Shown: positions 44,246-57,039 of the stretch, piece by piece
How the letters are laid out: each line of letters opens with the position of its first letter
How positions within the stretch are numbered: the first letter of the stretch is position 1
DNA from: Naegleria gruberi
Taxonomy: Eukaryota
Assembly (NCBI GenBank): GCA_000004985.1
Contig: GG738893.1
DNA length: 64,000 bases
Direction: 5' to 3' (one strand)
Made by a program: the position numbers and the translations under genes
Notes under the pieces: generated by a model
The model's database searches: none
Told to the model about the DNA's origin: nothing
What the model saw: the letters and a program-made list of their open reading frames with translations, nothing else

Positions 44246-46607
44246 TTATTTCTTTTTCTTTTTACCTCCTTGATCTTTAAGCTTTCTCTTCTTATTGTTT
44301 TTACAGTTTGCGGAAGTACAATTAGTACAAGCATTATTATATTTGAAACATGGACATCTACTGTTGGCACATTTGACGGTCTTGTTGCATGAGCAACAAG
44401 GTGAAAGAGGTGAGCTTTCCTCTTGTTCAGAAAGATTAACATCTGATTGAATTATTGGTTGATGGTCAAGATTTAGTTCTTTCTTGTCAATGGTTACTAA
44501 GGAATTGTTGTTGTCTTTTGGAAAAAACAAATCTGAAAAGTTGTTTGGAATAAAGGAATCAATATTTGCGCCAAGCATGTGCAAACACTCAAGTGCTGTT
44601 GGTCTTTCTTTTCTATTTGAATTAACCATTTTTTGAAGCATTTCGAATAGATCAGGATGAATTTCATTACAACGGTCTTTAATATTATTAAGATTCATAA
44701 TGGAATCCATTGAACATCTTCCAACAATTATCTCAATAAAAACTTGTCCAAGCGAATAGATATCCGTTTTTGGATGGATACATCCGTCTCCACCATCTAA
44801 TTTTTCAGGTGGATTGTATTGTTGTGTCCCTGCTTTGGATTTAATAATTGCACTTCGAGAAGTATCAAAGGAGAGGAATGTACAATCTCCATTCTCTTTC
44901 ACAAAAAAACGAGCCATTTCAAAATCAATAAAGTTGTAAGTTTTCCTTCCTTGATAATCAAATAAAACAATATTGCTTGGTTTGATATCATTATGAATAA
45001 TATGTTGTGAATGAACTCTATGCAATTCGAACAATAATTGTTTGAAAGTGTCCAGTTTGTTTTCCATCACTTGATTGATATTCAAAACATTTCCATATAA
45101 TGAAACTTCCATTATACAATCCTTAATGGTATCAGTACTTCTCTTCTTTAAAATTGGGTCCAAATATACGGTAGGTAAAAAAATAGATGTTTGGAAGCGA
45201 GGGGAATAGAAAAAGTTCTGTAATTTTGATGTGGGTTGTCTGAATACTTTAACAATCACTGGATATTGATTGTGTTCTAATTTCCCCATAAATATTTGTT
45301 TTTTCATATCTGAAAAACTCTTTTGCTCCTTGTCAATGAAAACAGAAGCTTGTAAGTTTGGTAGTTCATTTGATTCCAGAGTAAATATTAGTGTTTCTCC
45401 CTCCTTAACTTCATAGCTAGATGACTTTGTCTCGCTGGTAAGCCCACGTTCAGTTATGTCAGATGCAGATTTCAAATTTGTAATTATTTCACTTTCGTTG
45501 AAAGAAGAGGCTTGTAGAATAAATGAGATTAACAAATCATGCTTTTCATGTTCTTGAGCAGTGTTTGGAAAAAGAGGATAGACACCATTGCTGACCAGTT
45601 CATAGTGTATATTTTGGTCTACTATTTTGGCATGCATTCCAATAATTTGTACATGGTTTTCATCAAGAAGCAATCCATATGAATACAATTTTTCCAATTC
45701 TGGATCCTTTTTTTTTGAGGATATAAATTGCATTAAGGAGCTATGGGCATATCTGAGAATTGCTACCACTTTTATAAAATTGTCATGAATGGCATTTGAT
45801 ACTATCTTGTCTTCGTGTACAAACTTCATCCTAACGAAATCTTGTCCCAAATATGGATTGTCTGTTTGCAACACTGAAACATTGTCTAGTATTTCACTTT
45901 TTTGCAACAGCTGAAATATCTTTTCGTGAAATGGTGACTCATCAACGTTAATGCAATTGGAAATTGCCAAGTTTCTTATTTATGTAAAGTATTAACAAAA
46001 TGTAGATAACTTACGCATTCTTCTTAAATTTGAAGAGTGTTGGCAACAACAGCAACTTGCTAAACCTTATTTGTGACAAATGAAACTCTGATACCTCTCC
46101 AGTAGGATAAATGTTTGGTGTAACGAAATGACTGAAGAGTACAGAGAATGAATTCGAATCTGTTTCTAAAATTTTAAACTTCTCCTTCAAACTATTAAAC
46201 GCCTTGATTGTATTGGTGAAGGCATTTTCTGTTAATTCATTAATAGACAAACATTCATTTCTAAAGTTTGTAATAGTCTGCCTATTATTCATGGCTAGTT
46301 GTAAAGTTTCGTCTTTTGTACCAGAAAATGATACATTCAAGTGGTTAATTGCATTGAGCTTCTTTTTGCTCAAATGATTTTTCATCAGTTCGGTTGGGAT
46401 TTTTTCCATGTTGGGTTGATTGTTTTTCGACCCTTCCTCTTGTTGAATCATTTCCGATATTTCCAAAAATTCTTCATCAAATGATTTTGTCATTGCCAAG
46501 AAAGAGTAAGACCAAACTGCCCATATATTTTTTTTAAGTGTTTTAAGCGTACAAGAAGGTTGCCAATGTGATGATGAGGTTGAATATTGTTTAATGTTCC
46601 AGCACAA
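44246..46607 (-). CDS. Protein kinase (atypical HND/DFE motifs) with N-terminal unknown domain and C-terminal CXC-type Cys-rich tail; join(46607..46015,45974..44246)
   Basis: Kinase blocks: 'VIVKVF' (the beta3 Lys), 'IIHNDIKPSNIVLF', 'IDFEMARF' and 'GTQQYNPPE'. The C-terminus 'CCSCNKTVKCANSRCPCFKYNNACTNCTSANC' is tesmin/CXC-like. A 40-nt intron (GTAAGT...ATAAG) joins ORF 46011..46607 to ORF 44246..45970 in frame. The 5' end may extend further. Confidence 0.7.
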
Positions 46608-47166
46608 TTAAGGGTGCTTAAAGTTGGTTGGTTTCAAGGCGATTTTATTATTGTTTGGTCATGTTGAAAAATCACCTTGAAACCATTTCTATCATTTTGT
46701 AATTTGTTTCGCCATTATAATGGTGTCATTATCAAATCTGAATTTCTTAAGTAGTTAGAAACTGTAAAGCAGTGTAAAGTAATAAGGGCCGTTGGTATTC
46801 TCCCTGTTCGTTTTGAAATTTCAAGATCTAACTCATCTCACCTATCAAAATCATGAGCAATTTTACAAGTTGTTCATTTGAAGAAGGAGTAACTGAGAAA
46901 AAATTATTCCTTTTACTCTTCAACTTCCTCTCTTGGATTTGAGTCCGAGTCTGTGCAATAGTAAATAGTCAAAATTGTCTTTGAAACCATCCAATATTAA
47001 ACCTCAATTAATTCATAGAGAGAAGGTGGATCTCTTCCTGATGCCTCCTATTTGCAATACTTATATTGAGAAAAAAACAAAAAATCTACCATCAACAACT
47101 TCCTTAATTTATAATACTCTGACAATATAGGAGTGAAACAAGAAGAAAACCAATTTCATCATCAAC

Positions 47167-49112
47167 ATGCCTTACGATCCAAAAAAGCCACCTCCTCCGC
47201 CTCCAAGAGTAAGACCACCACAGGTAACCAGTCCTCCAGTGATTATTGAAGAAGTTGTAGCTGCAAAGAATGCTGTGAGTGAGGAAGAACATTCTAAAAG
47301 TCAAACAACAACCACTTCACCACTTAATGTAAAACCACTGCCACCTGTTCCTCCTCAAAAACCATTCCGTCCTCCTCCTAATGTCGAAGAGCCAGTCATT
47401 CAAATCGATCCAGAATTTTATGAGGAAGGTAATGATGTTCCTTATTATGATGGAGAGGGGCAGCCACAGGATCAATACTATGAGGGAGAGGATCAACAAT
47501 ATTATGATGAAAATCAACAAGCTTACTATGACGAACAACAATATTATGACGAACAACAACAAGCATACAATTATGATGACCAGCAACAAGATGGTGCTTA
47601 TGGGTATGAACAACAATATCAAACAGAAGAGCAAACTCAAGAATCTCAACAGGAAGCTTACTATGAAGGAGACGATCAACAAGCATACTATGAAGATCAA
47701 ACTGTAAATAGTTGTGAAGAAGCAATCATTGAGGAGCCAATTGTTGAGACATCACCTGTATCTCAAATAGAGGAACCAAATAGACCTCCTCCACCAATAC
47801 CTGTACATTTGGATATCATTGAAGATTCTCAACCAATAGTTGAAGAAACAGTTGTGGAAGAATCAATAATGGAAGAAGTTGATTCGAAACCTATTGAATC
47901 CGACAATATCAACACTGAACAACCACCAATTGAAGATCAAACCACGCCATGTTCAGAATCATCACCACCTGTATCAGAATCAATATTTTCTGTTTTTGAC
48001 TCCACAACTTTGAATCCACTGCCATCTCTTCCAAAGAAATCCCTGTCTAAGCGTCCACAAAGAAAGGAAAGATCGAGAGAATGTGTTGACCTGGTAAGTC
48101 TCAATTTATTTATATGAAATTCTAAAAGTCTTTTGTAGCTCTTTAAAAAGGCAGACACTTTCTTTGAGCAACATGTGGAAATTGATGTGAAAGAATTCAG
48201 TAAGGAAGAAGAGATCCCAGAAACCAAAACCACACCAATGAAGCCACAACCAATGTTCATGATGAATCAATCCATGTTGGAAGGAATTAAATTGAAGAAA
48301 TCTTCCACTCCTATTGTATTAAAGAAAGCTGTTACTGATGAAGATGAATCCTCGGTGAAGAAGGAAGAAACTCCAAAGAAACCTAGTTGGGCCCTTAGAG
48401 AAAAGACTCCACTTGCTGAAGAAAAAACAACCCCTCAAGCACCTCCTTGGGCTAGTGCTTTAAAGAAGAAGTCAACCAATGAAACAACTTCTGATGTATC
48501 AGCTACTCCAACTAAAACAGAACCTTCAGTTGAAGGAAAGAAGAGTTTATTTGAGAGAAAGTTTAATAGTGATGTAGTTCTCCATCAAGTGGAAAACTTA
48601 AACCAACCATTTTTGGATCACCTCATCATCATAGTGCTACCTTACCTGCTGGATTCTCGATATCTAAATTCAAAAAGTCAGAAGAACGAAAGAAACAAGA
48701 GGAAGAAACTGAAACCAAGAAGGTTGTTGACGAAACCAATACAGAGGCAAAGAATGAAGAATCCCCAAAATGTGAAGAAACTAAATCAGAAAAGACTGAG
48801 GAAAACAAATCCGAAGAAGGTCCATCTGTTGTAGAAAGGGAGAAGGAAGAACCAAAAGATGATCTTTCTCCAGTCATTACTCCAAAGAAGGCAGAAAGTT
48901 TCAGATTTGCAACTCTTGGCTCACCAATTTTGAGACAAACAGAGTCACCATTTGTTACAGCAGTTAAAGATGAAGGTGCCAATGATACTTCCACATCAAA
49001 AGGTTCCCTTAAGGATAAACTAGCCATGCTTGAAAAGAAACAAGTTGCTCAAGCACCTCCTGCTCAAGTTGATTTTAGATCAGTGTTAAAAAAGAGACCA
49101 GCCAATCAATAA
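47167..49112 (+). CDS. Intrinsically disordered Pro/Tyr/Gln/Glu-rich protein; join(47167..48093,48139..48560,48635..49112); the last junction is tentative
   Basis: N-terminal 'KKPPPPPPRVRPPQ', then 'QQYYDE'-type acidic Tyr repeats, then a K/E/T-rich C-terminus. Intron 1 (GTAAGT...TGTAG, 45 nt) is clear. A frame change between ORF 48175..48834 and ORF 48930..49112 is explained by a 74-nt intron (AAA|GTTTAA...CATCATAG) or by an indel. Confidence 0.5.
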
Positions 49113-49365
49113 ATATTACAGTTGTGATGTTTAGGGAATGGTTTACAATGTAATTTCCAAAAAATCTCTAATTGACTCTTGATTATAAAGGAGAATTTGA
49201 AGAGACGATATTCCTAAATGATTACAATTCTTATCATGTTGCAGGGCATAGCAGTTCTTAGAACTAGAACTTTCACTTTCCAGTTCACTTGCTGATTCGA
49301 AATTGAGTGAACCTTTTTTTCCGTGTGTGAAACTGTCGATCATCAAGGAGAAACTATCAAAAAAA

Positions 49366-51308
49366 ATGTGGCTCCACAAACTGACATTCCTTCTTGCCAT
49401 TTCCCTTCTCGCAATCACATGCTTAACTTTAATTAACGGACAAGAGCTCACAGTCCAAACTTTACAAGGAAAAGTTAAAGGTTACATGGCAAATTCCAAC
49501 ACAAAAGCTTTCTTAGGTATTCGTTATGCCGAAACTACGGGTGGTAACAATAGATTTAGACCTCCTGTTGAGTTGGCCGATACTTCATCTAGCACAGTTA
49601 CAAATGCAACCACTTATGGAAATATTTGCATTCAACAAAGTGGTGAAAATGTGTATAGTCAACCAGCAAGTGAAGATTGTTTATTCTTGAATATTTGGAC
49701 TCCAGCTGATGCATCTGCAACTAATCAATATCCAGTCATGTTTTGGATTCATGGTGGTAATTTTATTTACGGTTCTGGAAATATCTATGCTGGAGATTAT
49801 TGGGTCAAGTTGAGTCAGGATAATAATGTTCCAGTTGTTGTGGTTACCATTAATTATAGATTGGGTGTGTTTGGATTTATGACTGATTCATTGTTTGGTT
49901 CTGAAAATGGCAGAACTAATACTAATTTCGGTTTGTTGGATCAATTGACTGCATTGAAATGGGTCAGAAAGAATATTGCAAATTTTGGTGGTAATCCAAA
50001 TAAGATTACCATATCAGGAGAATCAGCTGGTGCTGTTTCAAGTGTTATTATGCTTACTAGTCCTCTCCTTTACAACACATCAAGTTCTTATTATACTGAT
50101 ATTAAGGTAAGTTTGTGAAATTGTCAACAAATTGAATTCGAATTGTTTACAAAATATTTTTTTAGGGAGCTATCGTTCAAAGTGGTACTTCTCTCAGGTG
50201 GAATATGCAAATTCAACAAAGTACTGCCCAAGGATTTGGCTCCAATTTGAAAACATTCTTTGGATGCACCACAGCAGCATGTTTGAGAGGATTGAGTGCC
50301 GATTCTTTGAATATCTATCAACAATACAATACCTCTGACAAATTTTCACCAACAGTTGACAATTATGTTGTCTTGAGGGATATTTTCGATTCGTACGATA
50401 GTGGACTCTATAAGAAGGTCAATCTCTTGATTGGTGTCACAAGAAATGAAATGAACGGTTTCACATGTGGAATTCTATCAAATTCCATTTCAGACACTCA
50501 AATGAAAGGTGTTTTTACTGGCTATTTTGGACTTTCCAAGATGCAACAATTCTATCCTCAACTTGCAAATTATTACACACAGGCCAATTATGCCAATAAT
50601 TTGGCTTACTTGAATGATATCTTGAGTAATTCAAATGTTCAATGTAATACTAGATATTTGGCAGCAACTGTTTCACAACAAGTTTACAATACCTATATGT
50701 ATACTTATGATCATTTCTTTTCATACACTCCTGCTTGTCAGAAGAGTGCCCATGCTATTGAGCTACCATTGCAATTCCCATATCTTTTTGGAATTAGAGG
50801 AGCTGTCAAGGTTTACACAATGAATAGTGATGAAGCTGAGCTCTCCAGACAATTGATTGTTTATTGGTCAAACTTTGTTTCTTCAGGAAGTCCAAATAAG
50901 AATGCAAAGAATTTAGTCAACTTGAATAATCAAACCTACTGGGAACGTTACACAACCTGCAATGATACTCAAATTATTCTTCAAACAGGAGGAAATGTCT
51001 TGAATAATACCATGTATTCGAAAGTTTGCCCATTCTGGAATCCATTCGATGAGGTTCCAACTATTACTTGTAATACCACAAATCCAGGACCTTCTCCACC
51101 AACTCCAGAATCCTCTACACAACCAACTCCTCAAACATCATCAAGCAGTCCATCTAAAAACACAACCAATCCAACAACTTCTGGAAAAACAGTTAATGGA
51201 ACTGTTTCTAATAAGGTCAATGAGGGAATTTCATCACATTCATTCTCTGCTAGTTTATTATTGGCTTGTGTAATGTTCTTCCTATTGTCCTTCATTCAAA
51301 TAAACTAA
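49366..51308 (+). CDS. Carboxylesterase type B / cholinesterase-like serine hydrolase, secreted, probably GPI-anchored; join(49366..50106,50166..51308)
   Basis: It has a signal peptide 'MWLHKLTFLLAISLLAITCLTLING', 'EDCLFLNIWTP', the catalytic 'GESAG' in 'ITISGESAGAVSS', and '|GAIVQSGT' after a 59-nt GTAAGT...TTTAG intron. The C-terminal tail is S/T/P-rich with a hydrophobic end 'LLLACVMFFLLSFIQIN'. Confidence 0.85.
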
Positions 51309-51460
51309 GTTGAGCTTTTAATTGTGCTTGTAGTTTTTCCTCTCCATATTTGGGTAGGAAACATTTTCCTCTCTTAATTTGGAGAGGAAACAGAAAATAT
51401 TTAAAATACAAGATTGAAAGCAAAGTCCAACAATTCAAACAGAAAAAAATCAAATCAAAC

Positions 51461-53106
51461 ATGTTTTCTCTCGAAACTCTTTTCGAAATATCACTTTATG
51501 GTTTTATTTTCCTTGCAGTCATTGCAGGACTCATGATTTACAACAATGTCTCCAAAGTTAAACATTTGAAAGGTGTCTGGCAGGTTGCCACTCTTCCAAT
51601 CAAGATTCCATTACTCTCCACCTATGTTTACATGTCAGGTGAGAGAGAGCTATTGAAACATATTGAAGAGAAGGGTGATAAAGAAGCTGGCTATCTTAGA
51701 GTTTCAAGTATGTTCCTCAATGAGCTCTATATCACAAATAGAAACATGTTGAAGGAGTTGTACGTTACAAAGGCTCATAATTTTGAGAAACCAGACTATG
51801 CCTACTCATTGTTCAATATTTTCGGTGAGAATATCTTGTCAGCTCCAAATACAGATAGATGGAAGAAACATCACAATATATGTTATGCTGCATTTTCATC
51901 AAAGAATTTAGATTACATGTCCAAAGTTGCTACCAAAAGTGTGGATATGTTGACTGAACAAAAATGGGATCCTGAAATTACCAAAAATGGAAGTTTTGAT
52001 TTCAATGCTTTTGCTGATTTCACAGATATCACTGTTGATACTTTAGGAAAGGCAGGATTTGGTGTTTCATTCTCCATTTTCAATGAGGAAGGAACAAGTG
52101 AACAAGACATTCAAAAAGGAAGAAAATTGAGAGCTGCCACAGACACTGTCATTTCCTTCGCAACTATTATTAAGAGATTTTTCGAATCCACACCTCAATT
52201 GGAGAAGTTATTATTGAAAGTTACTGGAACACAAGAAGCCGTTGATTATTGTAGTGAAGCTCTTGATACACTCATCAAGCAAAGAAGTGAAATGTGCTTG
52301 CAAAAAAGAGCTAGAATGTTAACAGACGAAACTGATGACGATTCTGAAAGTTTGGGGGATTTACTTAAGCATGTTAGTTGAGGCAAATATCGAAACCAAA
52401 GAATTGACCGATACAGAACTCAAGTCTAATATTATGATCTTTTTGCTTGCTGGAACAGAGACCAGTTCCAATACCTTACAATACGTTGCCTATGAAATGG
52501 CAAAACATAGGGAAATCCAATTCAAGATGAGAGATGAAATTGACAGAGTTTTGAATGGAAGATCACCAACATTTGCCGATTATGAGAAATTCGAATATGT
52601 AAATGCTGTAATAATGGAAACTTTGAGATTGCACAATATTGTGAGAATTGTTTTCAAGCAAGCATGCAAGAGTAATGTAACTATTGGAGGGTTGAAGATT
52701 CCAAAGGGAACTTCTGTCATTCCAATGTTGATTGGTTCCCATTTGAGTGAAAAGAATTGGGAGAAACCAACCGAATTCAAACCAGAAAGATTCTTGTCAA
52801 AGGAAGATAAGGACAAACATCAAACCGATTTCACCTTCACTCCATTCAGCATGGGTAATAGAAAATGTGTAAGTTTTCAATTGATTTTTTCATTAATCTT
52901 ATCAATTATTCCATTAAATTTTCTATTCGAAACAGATTGGATACAAGTTTGCAAGTATTGAAATTTGCATGGTATTAGTCAGGCTCTTACAAAATTATGA
53001 ATTTGAATTGTTGAATAATGAAGCAATTGATCCAGTCTATGACAGCTATGGAATTACTCACAAACCTGAAAATCTCAAGCTTCGTGTCACTAAAAGACAT
53101 GACTAA
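51461..53106 (+). CDS. Cytochrome P450 monooxygenase, in three exon segments: 51461..~52357, ~52359..52868 and 52936..53106, with a +1 frame discontinuity at a G5 run (52354-52358)
   Basis: N-terminal membrane anchor 'MFSLETLFEISLYGFIFLAVIAGL'. The I-helix reads 'IMIFLLAGTETSS'. The heme-binding motif 'FSMGNRKC|IG' is split by a 67-nt GTAAGT...AACAG intron. ORFs 51350..52381 and 52335..52961 overlap in different frames. Dropping one G from 'ttgggggat' gives a continuous '...DDDSESLGIYLSMLVEANIE...'. Confidence 0.8.
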
Positions 53107-53255
53107 ACCCAATTCGAATTCACCAAAACTATTCATATTGTAAATAAAAGAAAATCTTCAATGAACATTAAAAAAACTTGTTTTTTCCATTTAATTCTGG
53201 ATTGCGCGTTTGGATTACAATCAAACTTTGAAAAAATAAACAAAAAAAAATTCAT

Positions 53256-56200
53256 ATGTTGGGCTCATCATCGATCTTCGGATCATCACCAAAGAGAAAG
53301 AGAGAAGAAAATGTGGTAGAGCAACAACAACAAGAACAAGATGCTGGCTCATCAGCATCACAACAAGTGGTTGATTCTATTTCTGCTGGCTTGGATGAAG
53401 AATCTTTGCAAATTGTTGAATATTTCGAGAAGAGAGATGCTGATCAACAAAAGTTAATTGATGAATTGACGAGGGAGATGGAAGAGTTGAATTTGGAAAA
53501 ATCGATGGAAACTTTTATGAGTAAATTGATGGGTAAATTGGTATTGGATGAATCCGATGATAAGAAAGCTTCTGCTGTTGCTGCTGTAGTGGATGACAAG
53601 AGATTAAAGCAAATCAAGCGTATGCAAGCTGATGAAAATATTGTGTTAAAAGTTGGTGGTAGATTATTCTATTCTACAATCAAGACACTTTCCGGAGAGG
53701 GACTTATTCTCGAGAATTCATCAGAAAAGCAACAAAATGATCAACCAGCTGATCTTGACAAGAAGAGTGACAATTTATTCAAAGTCATGTTTTCTTCTAC
53801 TTTTTCAATTCAATATGTAACTACTGAAAATGGTATCAAAGCAATTAATTTTGAAGATAGAAATCCAGATAACTTTGAATATATACTTGAACATTTGAGA
53901 GCGAATGGACGAGTTAAATGTTTAGGCTTGGAAGAATTGAGTTTTGAAAAGTTAACAGGTATCCAAGAGGAATCTCAATTTTTCCTCACTGACAAATTAA
54001 CAAACTATATTGACAAGCTTTTGTTAAAGAAACAAGAAAACCTTATTGCGGAAAGTATGATATCTGTACCACAATCCTCTACTGCTATTTCCCAATCTGC
54101 TAAATCCACTATTGATGCACCAATTCCAATTAAAACCAGTTTACCAGTTGAGTGGTTGGAACAATTCAAAAAGTTTGACCTATCCAACAAGGAAAGAATG
54201 TTCGAATTAATTGATACTACCAAAGCTCAAATTAATTTAACAAAGCAACAAATCATTGACTTTTCCAACTCCCTCAGAGATAAATTGGTGCAGTTTATGG
54301 ATGGTGGTGAAAACAATGAAAGTGATTTGAACATCAAGTTGGATGTTTCAGGTACTTGTTTTAACATTCCATTCAAAATTTTCAAGGTACACAAAGAATT
54401 TATTGTGTACGACTTTATCCTTTCTGAAAACTTTGCATTAACTTCAAAGGGAACAATTTTTATTGATAGAAATCCAGAACTATTCCAAATTATCTATAGT
54501 TATCTCATCAGTGGAAATTTCAACAATTTCCCTTTATTGACACCATCCAATAAGAAGCGTTTGAAACACGAGGCTCAATTCTATAGACTTAACAAGTTTA
54601 TCAATGAATATTTTGACGAATGTAGATACCCTGTTGAAACTATTGGTACTGAAAATATCAAGATTAAAGAGCAAGAAGACTATCTAAGAGAGTTATTCGT
54701 TAAGGATAGAAGTAATCCAATATTGGAAGATAAGTATTTGTTGTTGGCACCTATTTTTGCCCTGAGACATCAAATTGATGGATTAGCCAAAGACAAGTAC
54801 AAAATTCCTAACTGTCCAAAATTACTTAACTTTTGTGAAGCACCAAGCTATTCAAGATATGTCTCAGAGCCTGTTATGGTTAAATCCCTTGAATATTTCA
54901 AATCTTCATGGAAGTTTGCTACATCTGGTTTATTAGAAGGTCTTGATTGGAATAATGTATTTGCTGCAGGTGGTATGGTTCTTGGTTGTTTATTAGAGGG
55001 AAATAATGCTAAATCTTACAAAAAATTTATTTCTACAAGGTATGGTAACCAAAATGATAAATCGAAGCCAACTCTCAGAGAAAAGCAAGACAGTGACGAT
55101 GAGGAAGAAGGTTTTGAAGAACCAACTGTTGCTCAAGTCACTCAAACAATTAAAGACACCATTGAGACACCCTCCTCAAGTGAATATATGAAATTACCGT
55201 ACAATTATCAATATTCAGACTACCAGTTTAATCAACTCAGAAATAGGAGCACAATGCCAACAACCTATCAACATCAACAACATACAAGTTTGTATGGAAC
55301 TCAAAGTATTTTTGGTGCAGTTCAACAAACACCAGCAGCCTTTAGTATTTCAAGTCTTTTGTCAAGTAGCACCACATTGCCTCCAATGACAATGGGAATG
55401 CCACTTGCAATGACTATGCCTACTGCTACATATCCAATGCCTACTTTGGGAATGACTATGCCTACTGCCACACCTCCAATGACAATAGGAATGCCACTTA
55501 CAATGACTATGCCTACTGCAACACCCTCCTCCTCCCTCTTTGGTTCTACAGTTGACTCTCCATCAGCTCCTTTATCTACTCCTCCAACTGAATTCCAAGA
55601 TTCAGATATCGATCTTTTCCTGTATGCATTGACTCCTGAACAAGCTGAAGACAAACTCCGTCATATCTATCAAGTTATTAAGAATAATTCTGGAAAGGAT
55701 ATTCTTGTTGTAAGAACTCAATTTACTGTAACATTCTACGCCCAAAAAATTATTCAAGTTGTTTTAAGGTTGTACAAATCTCCAGCTGAAATATTATTAG
55801 GTTTTGATATTTGTGCTGCTTGGTAAGTATTATATTTTAGTTGTACTAGTTTTTAACTTTTCTAGTGTGGGTTATGATGGTTCTCAAGTATGGTCGAATG
55901 CTAGAGCAAGAAGAGCTTTAGCACAACAAACCAATCTCATAGATCCAGACAGAATGTCCACTTCTTATGAAGCCAGACTTTACAAGGTATGTAACGAATA
56001 TCAAACCAAAATTAATTTTCAAATAGTATGCTCGTCGTGGATTCTCAGTCTCTGTTCCTGGTTATGATCCTGGAAAAATCAAAAATCACTTCCTAATGTT
56101 CCCTAGAACATACAGATCACAACATATTGACGTTCATGGTCTGGCAAAAATATTACTGATGGATTACGCTAACAAATCACCAAAAACATCTTACATCCTC

Positions 56201-56953
56201 TCTGAATTTGAGCGTAATAAGGCATTGGAAAAACAAATTGCAAGAGAAAGGTTATTGAAATATTTCGACAAGGATTTCAAATCAGACTATGATGACATTC
56301 CAGTGTATCGTTTATCTAACATCTTTTTTGGAAACGAAAATCAAGGACAATATTTATTTCAAAGGTTCTCCAGAAGGGTTGAATTGTTCCAAAAAATTTC
56401 CAAAATTCCAAACTGGAAACCATACTATATATTTGCTTTAAATGATGTTGAAACAATTATTAATGATACATCCAACTCTTCTAATTTAAGTGAAAAGATT
56501 CAATGGATACAAATCAACCCAGGTTCCCAAAAAATTGGAAGTTTCAAACCTGTAATGTCAAACTTTTATAGTGACGCCTATAATTATGCTACTACTTTAC
56601 AGCCAAATAAGACAAGAAAAAAGAGAGTGGGTAAACAAACATACACAGCCATCTGGAGTTGGGAAAAGAATATTTCAGCACATACCTATGAAAACTATAG
56701 TATGCTTATTTCTAACAAGATTGAATTAGCCTATAGAAAGTATTGTGATTCCACAAGCTACCTAACATCCTCAACCGCTCCAACAACAGTACCAATTATG
56801 GATAATTATCATATTGACTTTACATGCATGCAACAAATTAATAGTTCTGATCCAACCAGAAGAAGAAAAGTCCAAAGACAAGCTCCAATTACTTATACCT
56901 CAACTTTTGAGGATGTGCCTGTCAGAGAACTTTCAAGCAAAACTTATTATTAA
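53256..56953 (+). CDS. Tandem BTB/POZ (KCTD-type) protein with C-terminal WWE domain; join(53256..55822,55866..55986,56027..56953), about 1204 aa
   Basis: BTB-like blocks 'IVLKVGGRLFYSTIKTLSGEG' and 'LDVSGTCFNIPFKIFKVHKEFIVYDF'. A Pro/Thr/Met repeat region follows. The C-terminal WWE-like block reads 'AIWSWEKNISAHTYENYSMLISNKIELAYRKY...YHIDFTCMQQINSSDPTRRRKVQR'. The two introns (43 and 40 nt) have GTAAGT/GTATGT donors and TAG acceptors. Phases agree with ORFs 55804..56067 and 56096..56953. Confidence 0.75.
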
Positions 56954-57039
56954 GTTAGTTTTTCACACACAGCAATAAACCATCTCCAAATTGCATCATT
57001 GTTTACAAAACCAAAAAAAATAGCCAACAAAGGAGTGCC

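Noticed and set aside
47317-48260. Antisense and alternate-frame ORFs (47317..47700 -, 47381..47707 +, 47396..47725 -, 47937..48260 -)
   Set aside because: They are repeat-shadow ORFs over the Tyr/Gln/Asp-rich repeat region of gene 47167..49112.
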